From positions 1 to 50,274 of the forward strand of contig MFOT01000007.1 in assembly GCA_001782475.1 (NCBI GenBank): a stretch of 50,274 nucleotides of DNA, read 5' to 3'. The first letter of the stretch is position 1; each line of letters begins with the position of its first letter. The position numbers and the translations under genes are program-made. Source of the DNA: Candidatus Levybacteria bacterium RIFCSPLOWO2_01_FULL_38_21 (GTDB lineage Bacteria; Patescibacteriota; Microgenomatia; Levybacterales; UBA12049). Below the pieces are notes generated by a model, which did not search any database, was not told the DNA's origin, and saw only the letters and a list, made by a program, of their open reading frames with translations. This document shows positions 8,769 through 18,499 of the stretch, in pieces.

Positions 8769-9632
8769 CTACTGGTGTTCGCTTCGGATTTTTCCTTGTA
8801 ATGTTCTTAGTTCTGCGAGTGCTTTTTTGGCCTGTTCTTTATTTGGCGGCATGCCGTGCCAGTGAAAATCTTTTTCCATAAAATCAACGCCCTTTCCGGG
8901 AATCGTATGAGCAATAATTACTGTTGGTTTTTCAAAAACTGCCCGAGCTTCTTTTACGGAATCTATAAAAGCTCTGATATTATTTCCATCAACCTCCAAA
9001 ACCTCCCAATTAAAAGCTTCATACTTTGCTTTTAACGACTCAAGCGGCATGACATCTTCTGTAAAACCGTCGATCTGAATATTATTTCTATCTATAATTT
9101 GAGTTAAGTTATTTAATTTGTTTTTCCCTGCAAACATCGCCGCTTCCCAAGTATTTCCTTCGTCGTGTTCTCCGTCTGATGTGATGCAATAAGTATGAAA
9201 TTTTTTCTTATCTAGTTTTGCCGCCAACGCAATTCCAATTGTCTGAGATAATCCTTCTCCTAAAGGCCCTGATGTTGTTTCAACTCCGGGGAGTGCGATT
9301 CTATGCGGATGTCCCTGGAGTCTTGAATTTAATTTTCGAAGGGTTTTTAGCTCTTCAACAGGAAAATAGCCGGAAAGTGCCATACTGACATATTGGACCG
9401 GACAAATATGTCCGTTTGATAAAATCAATCTGTCTCTATCCTCCCAATTAGGATTTTTTGGATCGTGGTTTAGGATATGAAAATAAAAGGCGGTAAAAAT
9501 ATCTGCCATTCCCAATGGTCCTGCAGAGTGTCCTGAACCTGCCTCAAGAAGTGTCTCAATAATTAACTCTCGAGTTTTAACAGCAATTTCTTCAAGTTTT
9601 ATTAATTTTTCTTCGTGAAGTTCTTCTGTCAT
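8769..9632 (-). CDS. Transketolase N-terminal subunit
   Basis: GSGH, DRLILSNGH, LQGHP, SGPLGEG, SDGEHDEG (ThDP motif), GKG...WHG. Confidence 0.95.
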   Translation of the reverse strand: MTEELHEEKLIKLEEIAVKTRELIIETLLEAGSGHSAGPLGMADIFTAFYFHILNHDPKNPNWEDRDRLILSNGHICPVQYVSMALSGYFPVEELKTLRKLNSRLQGHPHRIALPGVETTSGPLGEGLSQTIGIALAAKLDKKKFHTYCITSDGEHDEGNTWEAAMFAGKNKLNNLTQIIDRNNIQIDGFTEDVMPLESLKAKYEAFNWEVLEVDGNNIRAFIDSVKEARAVFEKPTVIIAHTIPGKGVDFMEKDFHWHGMPPNKEQAKKALAELRTLQGKIRSEHQ

Positions 9633-9678
9633 CTTATTCTATATTACAATCCTTATAAATCTTTTTGCAAGAAAATTA

Positions 9679-10947
9679 CTACCCCTTAAAGACAATCATC
9701 AAGTCCGAAACATTTGAGGGGAGTTTTTCTGTATCAATTCCATCACCGACTTTTTCAAAAAACTCCAAACTATTATTCGAGTTTAAAAATTCCGCAGGTT
9801 CTAGATTCATCCCCCTTGCTTTGTTGATGGTATTTATATCGCCAATCGCGCCGGCAAAACGGGAATTATCCCAGCCATCTGAGTCAAAAGAACATATAAT
9901 CGTTTTTCCATCAATAAAAGATAGTGCGCCCAAAACAACCTCCTGATTTCGTCCGCCTTCTCCTTTTCCTTTGACTTTTACAGTCGTTTCCCCGCCTGCC
10001 AAGAGTATTGTCCCTTTTTCTGCATTTTTAATAAGTATTTCCCCTGCCTTTCTTGCTTCGATCTGAAATTTATTAGAAAAAATATTTGTTTTAAATCCTA
10101 GATCTTGGGCTTTTTCCCTCATTGCCTCAAGAGCAGTCTGATTATTTAAAATAAGAATATTAAACACATTCTCGAAATATTTATCTTCCCTTGGGGTTTC
10201 TGTAAAGTCATTCCTTGTAATACCCCTCAAGCGGTATTTATCAACAATATTAAGTGCATTCTCAACAGTTGTCTCATCTCTTACGGTAGGACCCGAAGAG
10301 ATAACAGAAAGATCATTCCCGGGAACATCAGATGAGATTATGCTTATAACTCTTGCAGGATATAAATATTTCAAAAGCCCCCCGCCCTTTAAGAGAGATA
10401 AATGTTTTCTTACACTATTCATTTCGAAAATGTCAGCGCCCGATTTAAGAAGTTGCTCTTCTATTGCAATCAGTTTATCAAGGGTAGCTCTATATGGATT
10501 TTCAAAAAGCGCAGAGCCTCCTCCTGTTATGACAACAATAAATAAGTCTTTTTCCGAAAGATCTCTCAGCTCGTCTTTTAATAGAAATTTTGTAAAAATT
10601 AGGTTTTGTTCAGAAGGCAGGGGGTGTGTCCCTTTTGTAAATTTTACTTTTTTAAAATCTTCCGGATTTGTATCAATTACATAACCCTCTGTTAACTTTT
10701 CTCCCAGTTTTTCTTCGATAAATTTCGAATTTCTCGCAGAGCCTTTACCGAATCCGATTAAAAAAATGCGCTCAAATCCGGAAAGATCAAAAGTTTTATC
10801 TTTTATATTCAAAGTATTGTCTGAGACAGCTATGCTTTTACCGATAACATTTTCAGATTGAATAGAAGATAGCGCAGTTTCTATAAGTTCTAAAGCAATT
10901 TTTCGCTGAGGGCTTGTTGCAAGTTTATCGAAATTTTTAATAAACAT
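9679..10947 (-). CDS. Glycerate 2-kinase, MOFRL/DUF4147 type
   Basis: GFGKG, GTHPLP, TGGGSAL, VRKHLS..KGGGL, SDVPG, GGETTV, GGRNQE, NVSD. Confidence 0.9.
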   Translation of the reverse strand: MFIKNFDKLATSPQRKIALELIETALSSIQSENVIGKSIAVSDNTLNIKDKTFDLSGFERIFLIGFGKGSARNSKFIEEKLGEKLTEGYVIDTNPEDFKKVKFTKGTHPLPSEQNLIFTKFLLKDELRDLSEKDLFIVVITGGGSALFENPYRATLDKLIAIEEQLLKSGADIFEMNSVRKHLSLLKGGGLLKYLYPARVISIISSDVPGNDLSVISSGPTVRDETTVENALNIVDKYRLRGITRNDFTETPREDKYFENVFNILILNNQTALEAMREKAQDLGFKTNIFSNKFQIEARKAGEILIKNAEKGTILLAGGETTVKVKGKGEGGRNQEVVLGALSFIDGKTIICSFDSDGWDNSRFAGAIGDINTINKARGMNLEPAEFLNSNNSLEFFEKVGDGIDTEKLPSNVSDLMIVFKG

Positions 10948-11024
10948 AATAAGTTATAATTTTATTATGGTTCTAGGATAAGTTTAGTCTATTTACCAAG
11001 TTTTGACAAATATTTGTTTGCCTC

Positions 11025-11053
11025 TTGCTGCAACTTTTTTTCTCATCTATACT
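11025..11053 (+). promoter_or_regulatory. Promoter in front of gap 5' remnant
   Basis: TTGCTG-N17-TATACT-N6-ATG(11060). Confidence 0.55.
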
Positions 11054-11059
11054 AATTTT

Positions 11060-11113
11060 ATGACAAGAGTTGCGATAAACGGATACGGGAGAATAGGACG
11101 AGGGAACGGGTGA
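11060..11113 (+). pseudogene. Displaced gap 5'-end remnant (MTRVAINGYGRIGRGNG*)
   Basis: First 14 codons are 35/42 nt and 12/14 aa identical to the intact gap start at 12559. Confidence 0.9.
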
Positions 11114-11455
11114 ACGGGGACTGAACGTGAACGGGGACGGTCCTACGACAGATTGATAGAGCAATCCAAATTAGGCATGTTTTTTTAGTTTTTTTTGTTG
11201 AGAAGATCTTTCGGCAACGAGGCTATCTCTCCAAGCAAAAAGAAAACTACATTAAAATTAGCTTGTCACAATAAGATTTCTCAGGACCGTCCCCAAGGTA
11301 CCCAAGGTACCAAGGTACACAAGGTACAAAGTATTACGCTTGCTCGTAATAGCATAGTTTAAGAACAGTAGATCTCTAACACAGTAACACAGGGTCGGAC
11401 CCTCAGTTACCCTCAGTTAGGATCAAAAGAGTTACGACGAGGTCGGACCTCGTAA
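11104..11455. repeat. Cluster of REP-like repeats
   Basis: Stuttered tgaacggggac; 12-bp inverted pair ggggacggtcct (11133-11144)/aggaccgtcccc (11283-11294); caaggtac x4; palindromes agggtcggaccct and acgaggtcggacctcgt. Confidence 0.75.
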
Positions 11456-11507
11456 TAGAAACTGAGTTGAGTGATTCCTAGGGTGTGGAGCAGAAGGATT
11501 GGGAGAT

Positions 11508-12422
11508 TTATTTAACAAGTGTTTGTAGGCTTTTGTCTAGAAGTCCTAAGGTATTAATGCATTCTTGAACTTCCTCGGGAGTGGTTATTCTGACCCACGA
11601 CGGTTTATAGCGTCTTGTTATATCAAAGCTATTAAATAACAATTCGCCTTCACTTCCAGCTGAATTGCTTCTCAAAACTTCGCACGACGAAGTCCAATCA
11701 CCATTCCAAAAACGCTGTACACCATCCAAGCGAAGCCAAAATTTTCTTCCTTCTTGTTCTACTTCAACCCAATCGGTTGTTGCTATAACTATCCTTGCAT
11801 CACGATCCTCGAATCTAGATTGGGCAACCCTAACCTCTTTGGTTTTTTGACCTACCCTACGAAGAGCCTCAAAAAAAACAGCCCCCCTTTTTTCATATTG
11901 CAAATCTTGGTTTTTTCTAACCTCCTCTACTAAACCCTTTAAGACCTCTGGGATCTCCACAATTGGGTGAGAACTTGTCCCTTCGGCCTGCCCTAATCTA
12001 TCTCTTATAAAAAGAGCTACTCCTATTGCTTGGTTCAAACCTTCTATGGTATCAATCGACTCCCTCTCTATTCCTGTAATTTTTCCTTGGGGATTTTCAT
12101 TTAACACGATGATATGAATTGGAGGATCATAACCAAAAGGTATATAGTCTGGGACTTCTTTTATCTCAGAATAACTATCAGAAACTAGCTCTATTAGGAG
12201 CGTGCGATTAAAACTATCTGGACTTCTTTGAATTTGTTCAAAACTAAGTCCAAAAACTTCATCCCCATCAGTAAAATAGATTGTAGGGGTATATTTTCTT
12301 GATAAATTAGAATGAATAACTTCACTTAAATCAGCAAGAGAAGCAAGTATGTTGGATAGCCCTTTTTTCTTTGCTTGGAATTCTACTTCTTGGAGCAAGG
12401 ATCCTTTCTTCTCGGGAGCCAT
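11508..12422 (-). CDS. Hypothetical protein (orphan cargo)
   Basis: 304-aa ORF with TTGACA-N16-TATAAT-N6-ATG; no recognised motif. Confidence 0.75.
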   Translation of the reverse strand: MAPEKKGSLLQEVEFQAKKKGLSNILASLADLSEVIHSNLSRKYTPTIYFTDGDEVFGLSFEQIQRSPDSFNRTLLIELVSDSYSEIKEVPDYIPFGYDPPIHIIVLNENPQGKITGIERESIDTIEGLNQAIGVALFIRDRLGQAEGTSSHPIVEIPEVLKGLVEEVRKNQDLQYEKRGAVFFEALRRVGQKTKEVRVAQSRFEDRDARIVIATTDWVEVEQEGRKFWLRLDGVQRFWNGDWTSSCEVLRSNSAGSEGELLFNSFDITRRYKPSWVRITTPEEVQECINTLGLLDKSLQTLVK

Positions 12423-12558
12423 GATGAAATTATAAAATAATTTTTTTGATTGTCAAGTATTTTTGTGCTGGTCTCCTAGATAGTCGTAATCAAGTCTTTA
12501 AGACAATATTCCAAACAAACTTATTGAATTGTTAAGTAAAAACTTGTATTCTTTAAAT

Positions 12559-13653
12559 ATGGTTAGAATTGCAATAAACGGATACGGAAGAATAGGAAGA
12601 GTGGCACATAGGGTAATTTTGGAAAAGCACTCACAAGAAATTGATGTTGTCGCAATAAACGCAGGTTCCTCAACAGATATTAGAGGATGGATGTACCTCT
12701 TAAAGTACGATACTGCGTATCATACTTTAAATTCAAAATTCAAAATTCAAAATTCAAAATTAAACGAGGAGGAGAAAGTAGGAATATTAAAAGATGGGAT
12801 AGGCTACCTCATCATAAATGATAAAAAGATTCCTGTTTTTTCGCAGAAAGATCCGAGTCTTTTACCATGGAGAGATTTAAATATAGATGTAGTAATTGAG
12901 TCAACAGGACATTTTACCAAAGAGGAAAAATTAAAACTTCATCTTGATGCCGGCGCAAAGTTTGTTGTTTTATCTGCACCCATTAGAAAAGGAGACCCTT
13001 CGGCAAGCTCAGGGCAAGGGGTTCCGACATATATTTTATCTGTCAACGCAAAAGATTACAAAGGAGAAAAATTAATTAATAACGCATCCTGTACCACAAA
13101 CTGTATTACGCCGGTTGCAAAAGTAATTGTAGATAATTTTGGAGTAGAAAAGGCAATGATGACAACAATACACGGATATACATCAGATCAGCGACTTCAG
13201 GACGGAGGACACAAGGACTTAAGAAGAGCAAGGGCAGCAGCGGAAAATATAATTCCAACATCAACAGGTGCAACAATTGCAGCTTCGCAGGCATTGCCGG
13301 AACTAGCAGGTATCTTTGCCGGACTTGCAATAAGAGTACCGGTTGCAGTTGGGTCTCTTTCGGATTTTACATTTCTTCTTAAGAGAGAAACTACCAAAGA
13401 GGAAGTAAATGAGATATTCAAAAGAGAAGCGCAGAAAGAGGAATATCAAGGAATACTTGAGGTAACAGAAGATCCAATTGTGTCAAGTGATATAATAGGC
13501 AATCCCCATTCTGCAATTGTTGATCTCTCGCTTACTCAGGTTGTTTTAGGAAATATGCTTAAAGTTATTGCCTGGTATGACAATGAATACGGATATTGCA
13601 ACAGGTTAGTTGAAGAAGTTTTAATGGTAGGGAATAAAATTCCTAATTTCTAA
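12559..13653 (+). CDS. gap: Type I glyceraldehyde-3-phosphate dehydrogenase (start moved to ATG 12559)
   Basis: INGYGRIGR, NASCTTNC, IPTSTGA, WYDNEYGY; promoter TTGAAT-N17-TATTCT. Confidence 0.97.
   Translation: MVRIAINGYGRIGRVAHRVILEKHSQEIDVVAINAGSSTDIRGWMYLLKYDTAYHTLNSKFKIQNSKLNEEEKVGILKDGIGYLIINDKKIPVFSQKDPSLLPWRDLNIDVVIESTGHFTKEEKLKLHLDAGAKFVVLSAPIRKGDPSASSGQGVPTYILSVNAKDYKGEKLINNASCTTNCITPVAKVIVDNFGVEKAMMTTIHGYTSDQRLQDGGHKDLRRARAAAENIIPTSTGATIAASQALPELAGIFAGLAIRVPVAVGSLSDFTFLLKRETTKEEVNEIFKREAQKEEYQGILEVTEDPIVSSDIIGNPHSAIVDLSLTQVVLGNMLKVIAWYDNEYGYCNRLVEEVLMVGNKIPNF
12729..12763 (+). repeat. In-frame heptamer array (AAATTCA)x4+1 in gap
   Basis: Encodes NSKFKIQNSKL. Confidence 0.9.
12995..13018 (+). 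repeat. Family A palindromic element in gap
   Basis: acccttcggcaagctcagggcaag, peptide DPSASSGQ. Confidence 0.9.
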
Positions 13654-13703
13654 TTTTTAATTTCTAAACAAATCCCAATAATTAAATTTCAAACGCTCAA
13701 AAC
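13638..13703 (+). repeat. Heptamer array overlapping gap stop codon
   Basis: aattcct aatttct aattttt aatttct then degenerate units; contains the TAA at 13651. Confidence 0.75.
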
Positions 13704-13728
13704 ATTTTAATTTGATTTTTTATACTCT

Positions 13729-14313
13729 ATGAAAAAACCGATTGAACTTTCAGGTATCAATAATATCACAATTTCAGGAAGAATAGGAAGCGGTGCAACA
13801 ACTTTGGCAATAAAGCTTTCCCAATCTTTAGGATGGAAAATGGTTGAGGGCGGAGCGATAATGAGAAAAATAAATAACCAAGCCGGAGCAAATATAATCG
13901 AGACCAATAAAAGACCAGATCATTTTGATTTGGAATACGAAGAGATGGTTAAAAAAATTCTAAGGGAGAAAAAAAATCAAATAATTCAAAGCCATCTTGC
14001 GGGATTTGATGCACGGGGGATAGAGGGTGTTTTTAAAATTTTAGTAGTTTGCGAAGATGAGGAAGAAAATGATAAGAAGGATATTAGGATAGATAGACTA
14101 ATCAACAGAGACAAGATTACTGTTGCTCAGGCAAAGTATGAAGTAACCGAAAGGGAAAAAAGAAATCTTGAGAAATGGAGAAGGCTTTATGCAGATAATG
14201 ATGAGACCTGGGTTTATTGGGAGAAAAAATATTATGATTTAGTGATCAACACTTATTCTCACAATCAAGAAGAAACCCTCAAAATCGCCCTCAAAGCGAT
14301 TGGGCTTTCTTAG
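13729..14313 (+). CDS. Cytidylate kinase-like P-loop kinase
   Basis: ITISGRIGSGATTLA; YDLVINT. Confidence 0.8.
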   Translation: MKKPIELSGINNITISGRIGSGATTLAIKLSQSLGWKMVEGGAIMRKINNQAGANIIETNKRPDHFDLEYEEMVKKILREKKNQIIQSHLAGFDARGIEGVFKILVVCEDEEENDKKDIRIDRLINRDKITVAQAKYEVTEREKRNLEKWRRLYADNDETWVYWEKKYYDLVINTYSHNQEETLKIALKAIGLS

Positions 14314-15275
14314 TCTTTTCTTCCTCTCAAATAATATCCTATTATCTCGTCTCGAAGTTCAAGACTCCTTGCTGCTATGAAAAGGGGAACTGTTCCATCG
14401 TTGTATCGTTCTGGATCTATAATAAATTCCGGATCAAATTTGTATTCTTGGGCTTCTCCGTTTTCCAGATCTACGCTTGATGTCACACATCCTGCTGCGA
14501 GAGCAAGAGGAAGCCCCGGTAAAATTTCAGAATGAGGCTCATCAAACATTACGTAAGCATCTACTGCTCCTGTTGCCAAGTATGCATATACAAAAGCTCC
14601 ACCGTTCCCATAATGTCTGCTTTTTTCTGACCAATCATCTTCCATCAAACCAAAAGCAGAGTAATACTTCCGAGAATACTCTCTTTCGCCGACATAAGAA
14701 GCAATTACGATCCCATCCTTATCTTTTACAGAATTCTTTTTTGGTCGTACTACTTCGAGTTCCTGATGACGCATCTCTATTGTCGATAGATCTATGACGC
14801 GATTTACTTTTCTGATCGATACAAACGCTTTTTGTCCTTTTATGTCAACGACGACTGCACCAATTGGCGAACCGTCCGGATTATATGCTCCTAAAACTGA
14901 GTAAGGAGGGGTGTCCAACCCTCTCGCAAACTCTCCGGAATTGTCAAAAGGGTCTATTGTGAATACTACTTTAGGATTGCCGTCAGAATAGTCATGATAA
15001 TTGTGTTCTCCGAAAACAAATGCGGGGAGATGGACATCTCTTATGAGATTTGCCAATATAGGTTCTCCCATTGCGTCAATTTGAAGCTGTTCGTCATGTT
15101 CTCTTCCTGGTACCGATCCTAATGAAGATCTTCCTTGACCGGCTTCCACCATTGGATGTAGGGCTTGATTGGCCACCGAAGCATAATTTAAGAAAATATT
15201 GCGAGTTAGATTCCTAACCTCTCTTGGCGATAATTGTTCTCCTGGTGATCTTTCTAACTCATTGCCACTTACCAT
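14310..15275 (-). CDS. Inositol monophosphatase/FBPase superfamily protein
   Basis: GE...IDPFDNS metal motif, YLATGAVDAYV. Confidence 0.75.
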   Translation of the reverse strand: MVSGNELERSPGEQLSPREVRNLTRNIFLNYASVANQALHPMVEAGQGRSSLGSVPGREHDEQLQIDAMGEPILANLIRDVHLPAFVFGEHNYHDYSDGNPKVVFTIDPFDNSGEFARGLDTPPYSVLGAYNPDGSPIGAVVVDIKGQKAFVSIRKVNRVIDLSTIEMRHQELEVVRPKKNSVKDKDGIVIASYVGEREYSRKYYSAFGLMEDDWSEKSRHYGNGGAFVYAYLATGAVDAYVMFDEPHSEILPGLPLALAAGCVTSSVDLENGEAQEYKFDPEFIIDPERYNDGTVPLFIAARSLELRDEIIGYYLRGRKD

Positions 15276-15364
15276 ATACAAAAATTGGGAGTTTGTCCCA
15301 GAGTTTTAGGCTTATATCATACCTATTGATATTTGTCAAGTTAAATGGTAAAGTAAATGCGATT

Positions 15365-15958
15365 ATGCAAAGCAAAAAACAAGGCTATTTAGATTTCTTT
15401 AAAACCGTAGGAAAATCTAAGAGACTGCTCCGAACAGGATGGGTTAGAGAAAAAGTAAAAAATCCAGAGAGTATCGCGGAGCACTCATTTAGGGTAGGAG
15501 TTTTAGCAATGGTGCTAGCAGACAGACTCGGAGTCAATAAAGAAAAACTAATAAAAATGTCTTTAATTCATGATCTCGGAGAAACATTTACCGGAGATAT
15601 TGTTTGGACAAGAGGAGAATTAGTTGATATCAAAATAAGAGAAAATAAAGAGAAAGAAGAATTGAAAGGATTGGTTCGTTTATTCAGCGATATCGAAGAC
15701 GGAGAGGAATTTGTAGATATATTTGAAGAAATGATACAGTCTTCCACTAAAGATGCAAAGATCTTTTGGCAGATCGATAAGTTAGAAACAGTTCTACAAG
15801 CTTTTGAATATGAAGAAGAGCAGGGGATAATAATTGAGGAGTTTTTTCTAAATGCTGATTTATTTATCAAAGATAAAATTTTAAGAGAAATTTTTGAGGA
15901 GATATTAAAAGAAAGAGAGATTAGGCAAAGGAGTTTTTATAATCATGAAAGTAGCTGA
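15365..15958 (+). CDS. HD-domain hydrolase (5'-deoxynucleotidase-like; start moved to ATG 15365)
   Basis: KRLLRTGW, ESIAEHS, LIHDLGE..GDI, QIDKLE. Confidence 0.88.
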   Translation: MQSKKQGYLDFFKTVGKSKRLLRTGWVREKVKNPESIAEHSFRVGVLAMVLADRLGVNKEKLIKMSLIHDLGETFTGDIVWTRGELVDIKIRENKEKEELKGLVRLFSDIEDGEEFVDIFEEMIQSSTKDAKIFWQIDKLETVLQAFEYEEEQGIIIEEFFLNADLFIKDKILREIFEEILKEREIRQRSFYNHESS

Positions 15959-17210
15959 TGCAATGTCGCGTCATGTCGACCATATTTTGCCGGATACCAA
16001 AGTAAAAGATGTGTGCCTTCTTATTTTTGGAAGAGGCATAAACGGAGTTCCTGTGTGCAAAAACAAAAAAGTCATTGGCTTTATTACCGAAAGAGACATC
16101 CTAAGCCAGTTTTATCCATCTCTAGATGAATATGCACAAGACCCCTTTAGAGAAGGCGACTTTGAAGGGATGGAAAAAAAAGTTCACGATATTTTCGAAA
16201 TGACCTCAGATAAAATTATGAGCATAAATGTCACTAGAGTTACTCCCCAAACCCCGCTTTTAAGAGCCCAGTCTTTAATGTTTATAGAAAAAGTTGGAAG
16301 ACTTCCCGTTGTTGATAAAAATGGAAATCTTATTGGGATAATTTCAAAAGGAGATATCTTCAGAGCACTTGTAGGTGACAGGTTATTGTTTACAGAAAAT
16401 GAGGATTATAACGACTGGCTTTCTAAAACCTATTATCAAGCGGTTGATACAGAGGACAGACTTTCCCATGAGATTCCGGATCTTCTTAAGGTATTTACCC
16501 AGCATAAGGTAAAAACAATACTTGATATAGGATGCGGAACAGGAGATCATTCAATAGATTTAGCAAGAAGAGGCTTTAGTGTTGTTGGGATAGATCGAAG
16601 TCAGGGTATGATTAGAGAATCAAATAAGAGAAAACAGGTTCTTTCAAAAGAGGCATTGGGGAGGCTTAAATTTTATCGGGGAAGTTTTGAAGATATAGAA
16701 TCAAGGTTCACGGAATCTTTTGACGCGGCACTTATTTTAGGAAATACCTTGTCTCATAATCCCCATAAGTGTCAAGAGCTTATAAAACAAACAGTAAAGC
16801 ATCTTTCAGAGCATGGAGTATTAATTCTTCAAATAACTAATTTTGATAAAGTAATTAAAGTAAAAAATAGGCTTTTAAGTTTTAATTTTGCCAGACTTTT
16901 GGAAGAGCCGACTAAAGAATACGTATTTTTGGAATTCTATGACCTGCCGATAGAAAGACAAAGAACTATTCTTAAAACTTTTGCAATTCTTGTATCGGAT
17001 GGAGGGAAAATATGGAAAACAAGGGGTGTAAGAAACAGTCTCATGGCGTATAATAATAAAGAAAGTGTTGGAAAAGTTTTAAGGGGAAATGGATTTTCCA
17101 AGATATCTTTTTATGGCGGAGCATTTGACGGAAGACACTGGGATTTTCTATTTAGAAAACCATTCAGGGTTTTAGAAAGCGATTGGCTTAATGTAATTGC
17201 AGTAAGATAA
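15945..17210 (+). CDS. CBS-pair domain fused to class I SAM-dependent methyltransferase
   Basis: Two CBS repeats (GVPV..VIGFITERD; RLPVVD..LIGIISKGD) then ILDIGCGTG, VVGIDRS. Confidence 0.85.
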   Translation: MKVADAMSRHVDHILPDTKVKDVCLLIFGRGINGVPVCKNKKVIGFITERDILSQFYPSLDEYAQDPFREGDFEGMEKKVHDIFEMTSDKIMSINVTRVTPQTPLLRAQSLMFIEKVGRLPVVDKNGNLIGIISKGDIFRALVGDRLLFTENEDYNDWLSKTYYQAVDTEDRLSHEIPDLLKVFTQHKVKTILDIGCGTGDHSIDLARRGFSVVGIDRSQGMIRESNKRKQVLSKEALGRLKFYRGSFEDIESRFTESFDAALILGNTLSHNPHKCQELIKQTVKHLSEHGVLILQITNFDKVIKVKNRLLSFNFARLLEEPTKEYVFLEFYDLPIERQRTILKTFAILVSDGGKIWKTRGVRNSLMAYNNKESVGKVLRGNGFSKISFYGGAFDGRHWDFLFRKPFRVLESDWLNVIAVR

Positions 17211-17211
17211 A

Positions 17212-17778
17212 ATGAAAAAAACTCTTGCATTAATTATCATTTTTATTTTTTTCTCTTATGCCGTAACTTCTTTTGCGAAAGATTCCTCAAAAGAAGACAC
17301 TTCAGTTTCTACTCCCTCCTCTAGTAAAACTATCGATTATACCCTTCCATACCCAGGACTTTTGCCAGATAGCCCTCTTTATATTTTGAAAGTACTTAGG
17401 GATAGAATTGTAAGTATCTTAATCTCCGGTCCAGTAAAAAAAGCAAATTTTGATTTACTTCAGGCGGATAAGCGTTTAAACGAGGGAGTCTTTCTTTTCA
17501 ATAAAGGTGAAAAGAAATATTCGTTGGCAGAATCAACAATATCAAAAGGAGAAAATTATTTTGAAAAAGGAATCTCGGAAATAGAAATGGCAAAAAAACA
17601 AGGGTTTACTGTCAAAGACATTTTTCAAAGATTTCATTTAGCATCTTTAAAACATAAAGAAACAATAAAGGGTTTAATAGATAAAACCAGAGGAGATGTT
17701 AAACAAAGGCTTATTTTAGACGAGAGAAGGGTAGAAAATTTTGAAAAAAGAACAAATTCATTAATGTTGCAAAAATAG
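17212..17778 (+). CDS. Secreted DUF5667-like protein
   Basis: Signal peptide; YTLPYPGLLPDSPLY..K..RD, ADKRL. Confidence 0.75.
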   Translation: MKKTLALIIIFIFFSYAVTSFAKDSSKEDTSVSTPSSSKTIDYTLPYPGLLPDSPLYILKVLRDRIVSILISGPVKKANFDLLQADKRLNEGVFLFNKGEKKYSLAESTISKGENYFEKGISEIEMAKKQGFTVKDIFQRFHLASLKHKETIKGLIDKTRGDVKQRLILDERRVENFEKRTNSLMLQK

Positions 17779-17934
17779 CCTAAATCCTCATAAACGAACA
17801 GATTTTAATCCAAAGAATTTTTCAGACTCTAGGGATATTCTAATTTCTTTACTCTATTTTTTTGGTGTTTTAGCAAAATGTCTAAGATTGAAGCTAAAAA
17901 AAAGGATGATTGCTTTTGATACAAAAATTTCTAG

Positions 17935-17987
17935 TTGACACGCCAGATCTAGTGTAATACTATCCTTCTTGGCACTATAAGTAGTGT
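17935..17987 (+). promoter_or_regulatory. Promoter overlapped by two NrdR boxes
   Basis: TTGACA(17935)-N17-TACTAT; ACGCCAGATCTAGTGT (17940) and GCACTATAAGTAGTGT (17972), 32 bp apart, near consensus acaCwAtATaTwGtgt. Confidence 0.8.
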
Positions 17988-18049
17988 TGCGATCGTTGAT
18001 AATTTATTTAATTCGGCGATCCGTTTTAAGAAGCTTAAATTAAATTTTT

Positions 18050-18499
18050 ATGAAATGTCCTTATTGCGGATTATCCGAAATAGAAGTTGTAGAAACCAGA
18101 GATAGCGAAGATTTAGAAACTATTAGAAGAAGAAGAGAATGTCTAAAATGCGGGAAAAGGTTTACTACATACGAAAGAGTTGAAAACATAAATCTGGTGG
18201 TTATAAAAAAGGACAGTAGAAGAGAACAGTTTGACAGAGATAAGTTAAAAAGAGGAATAATAAGATCTTGTGAGAAAACAAAAGTCTCGATGGAGGATAT
18301 CGAAAGAATAGTAACGGAAGTTGAAAGAGAATTAAGAGGTGCGGATTCAGTTGAAGTTGATAGCAAAAAAATAGGGCAAATGGTTGCGGCAAGACTTAAA
18401 AAAATAGATAAGGTAGCATATATCAGATTTTCAAGTGTTTTTAAAAGATTCGTAGATGTTGAGGATTTTGAGAAGGAAGTAAAAAGACTAATAAAATGA
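18050..18499 (+). CDS. nrdR: Transcriptional repressor NrdR
   Basis: MKCPYC...RRRREC..C..RFTTYE, ATP-cone, VAYIRF.SV. Confidence 0.97.
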   Translation: MKCPYCGLSEIEVVETRDSEDLETIRRRRECLKCGKRFTTYERVENINLVVIKKDSRREQFDRDKLKRGIIRSCEKTKVSMEDIERIVTEVERELRGADSVEVDSKKIGQMVAARLKKIDKVAYIRFSSVFKRFVDVEDFEKEVKRLIK

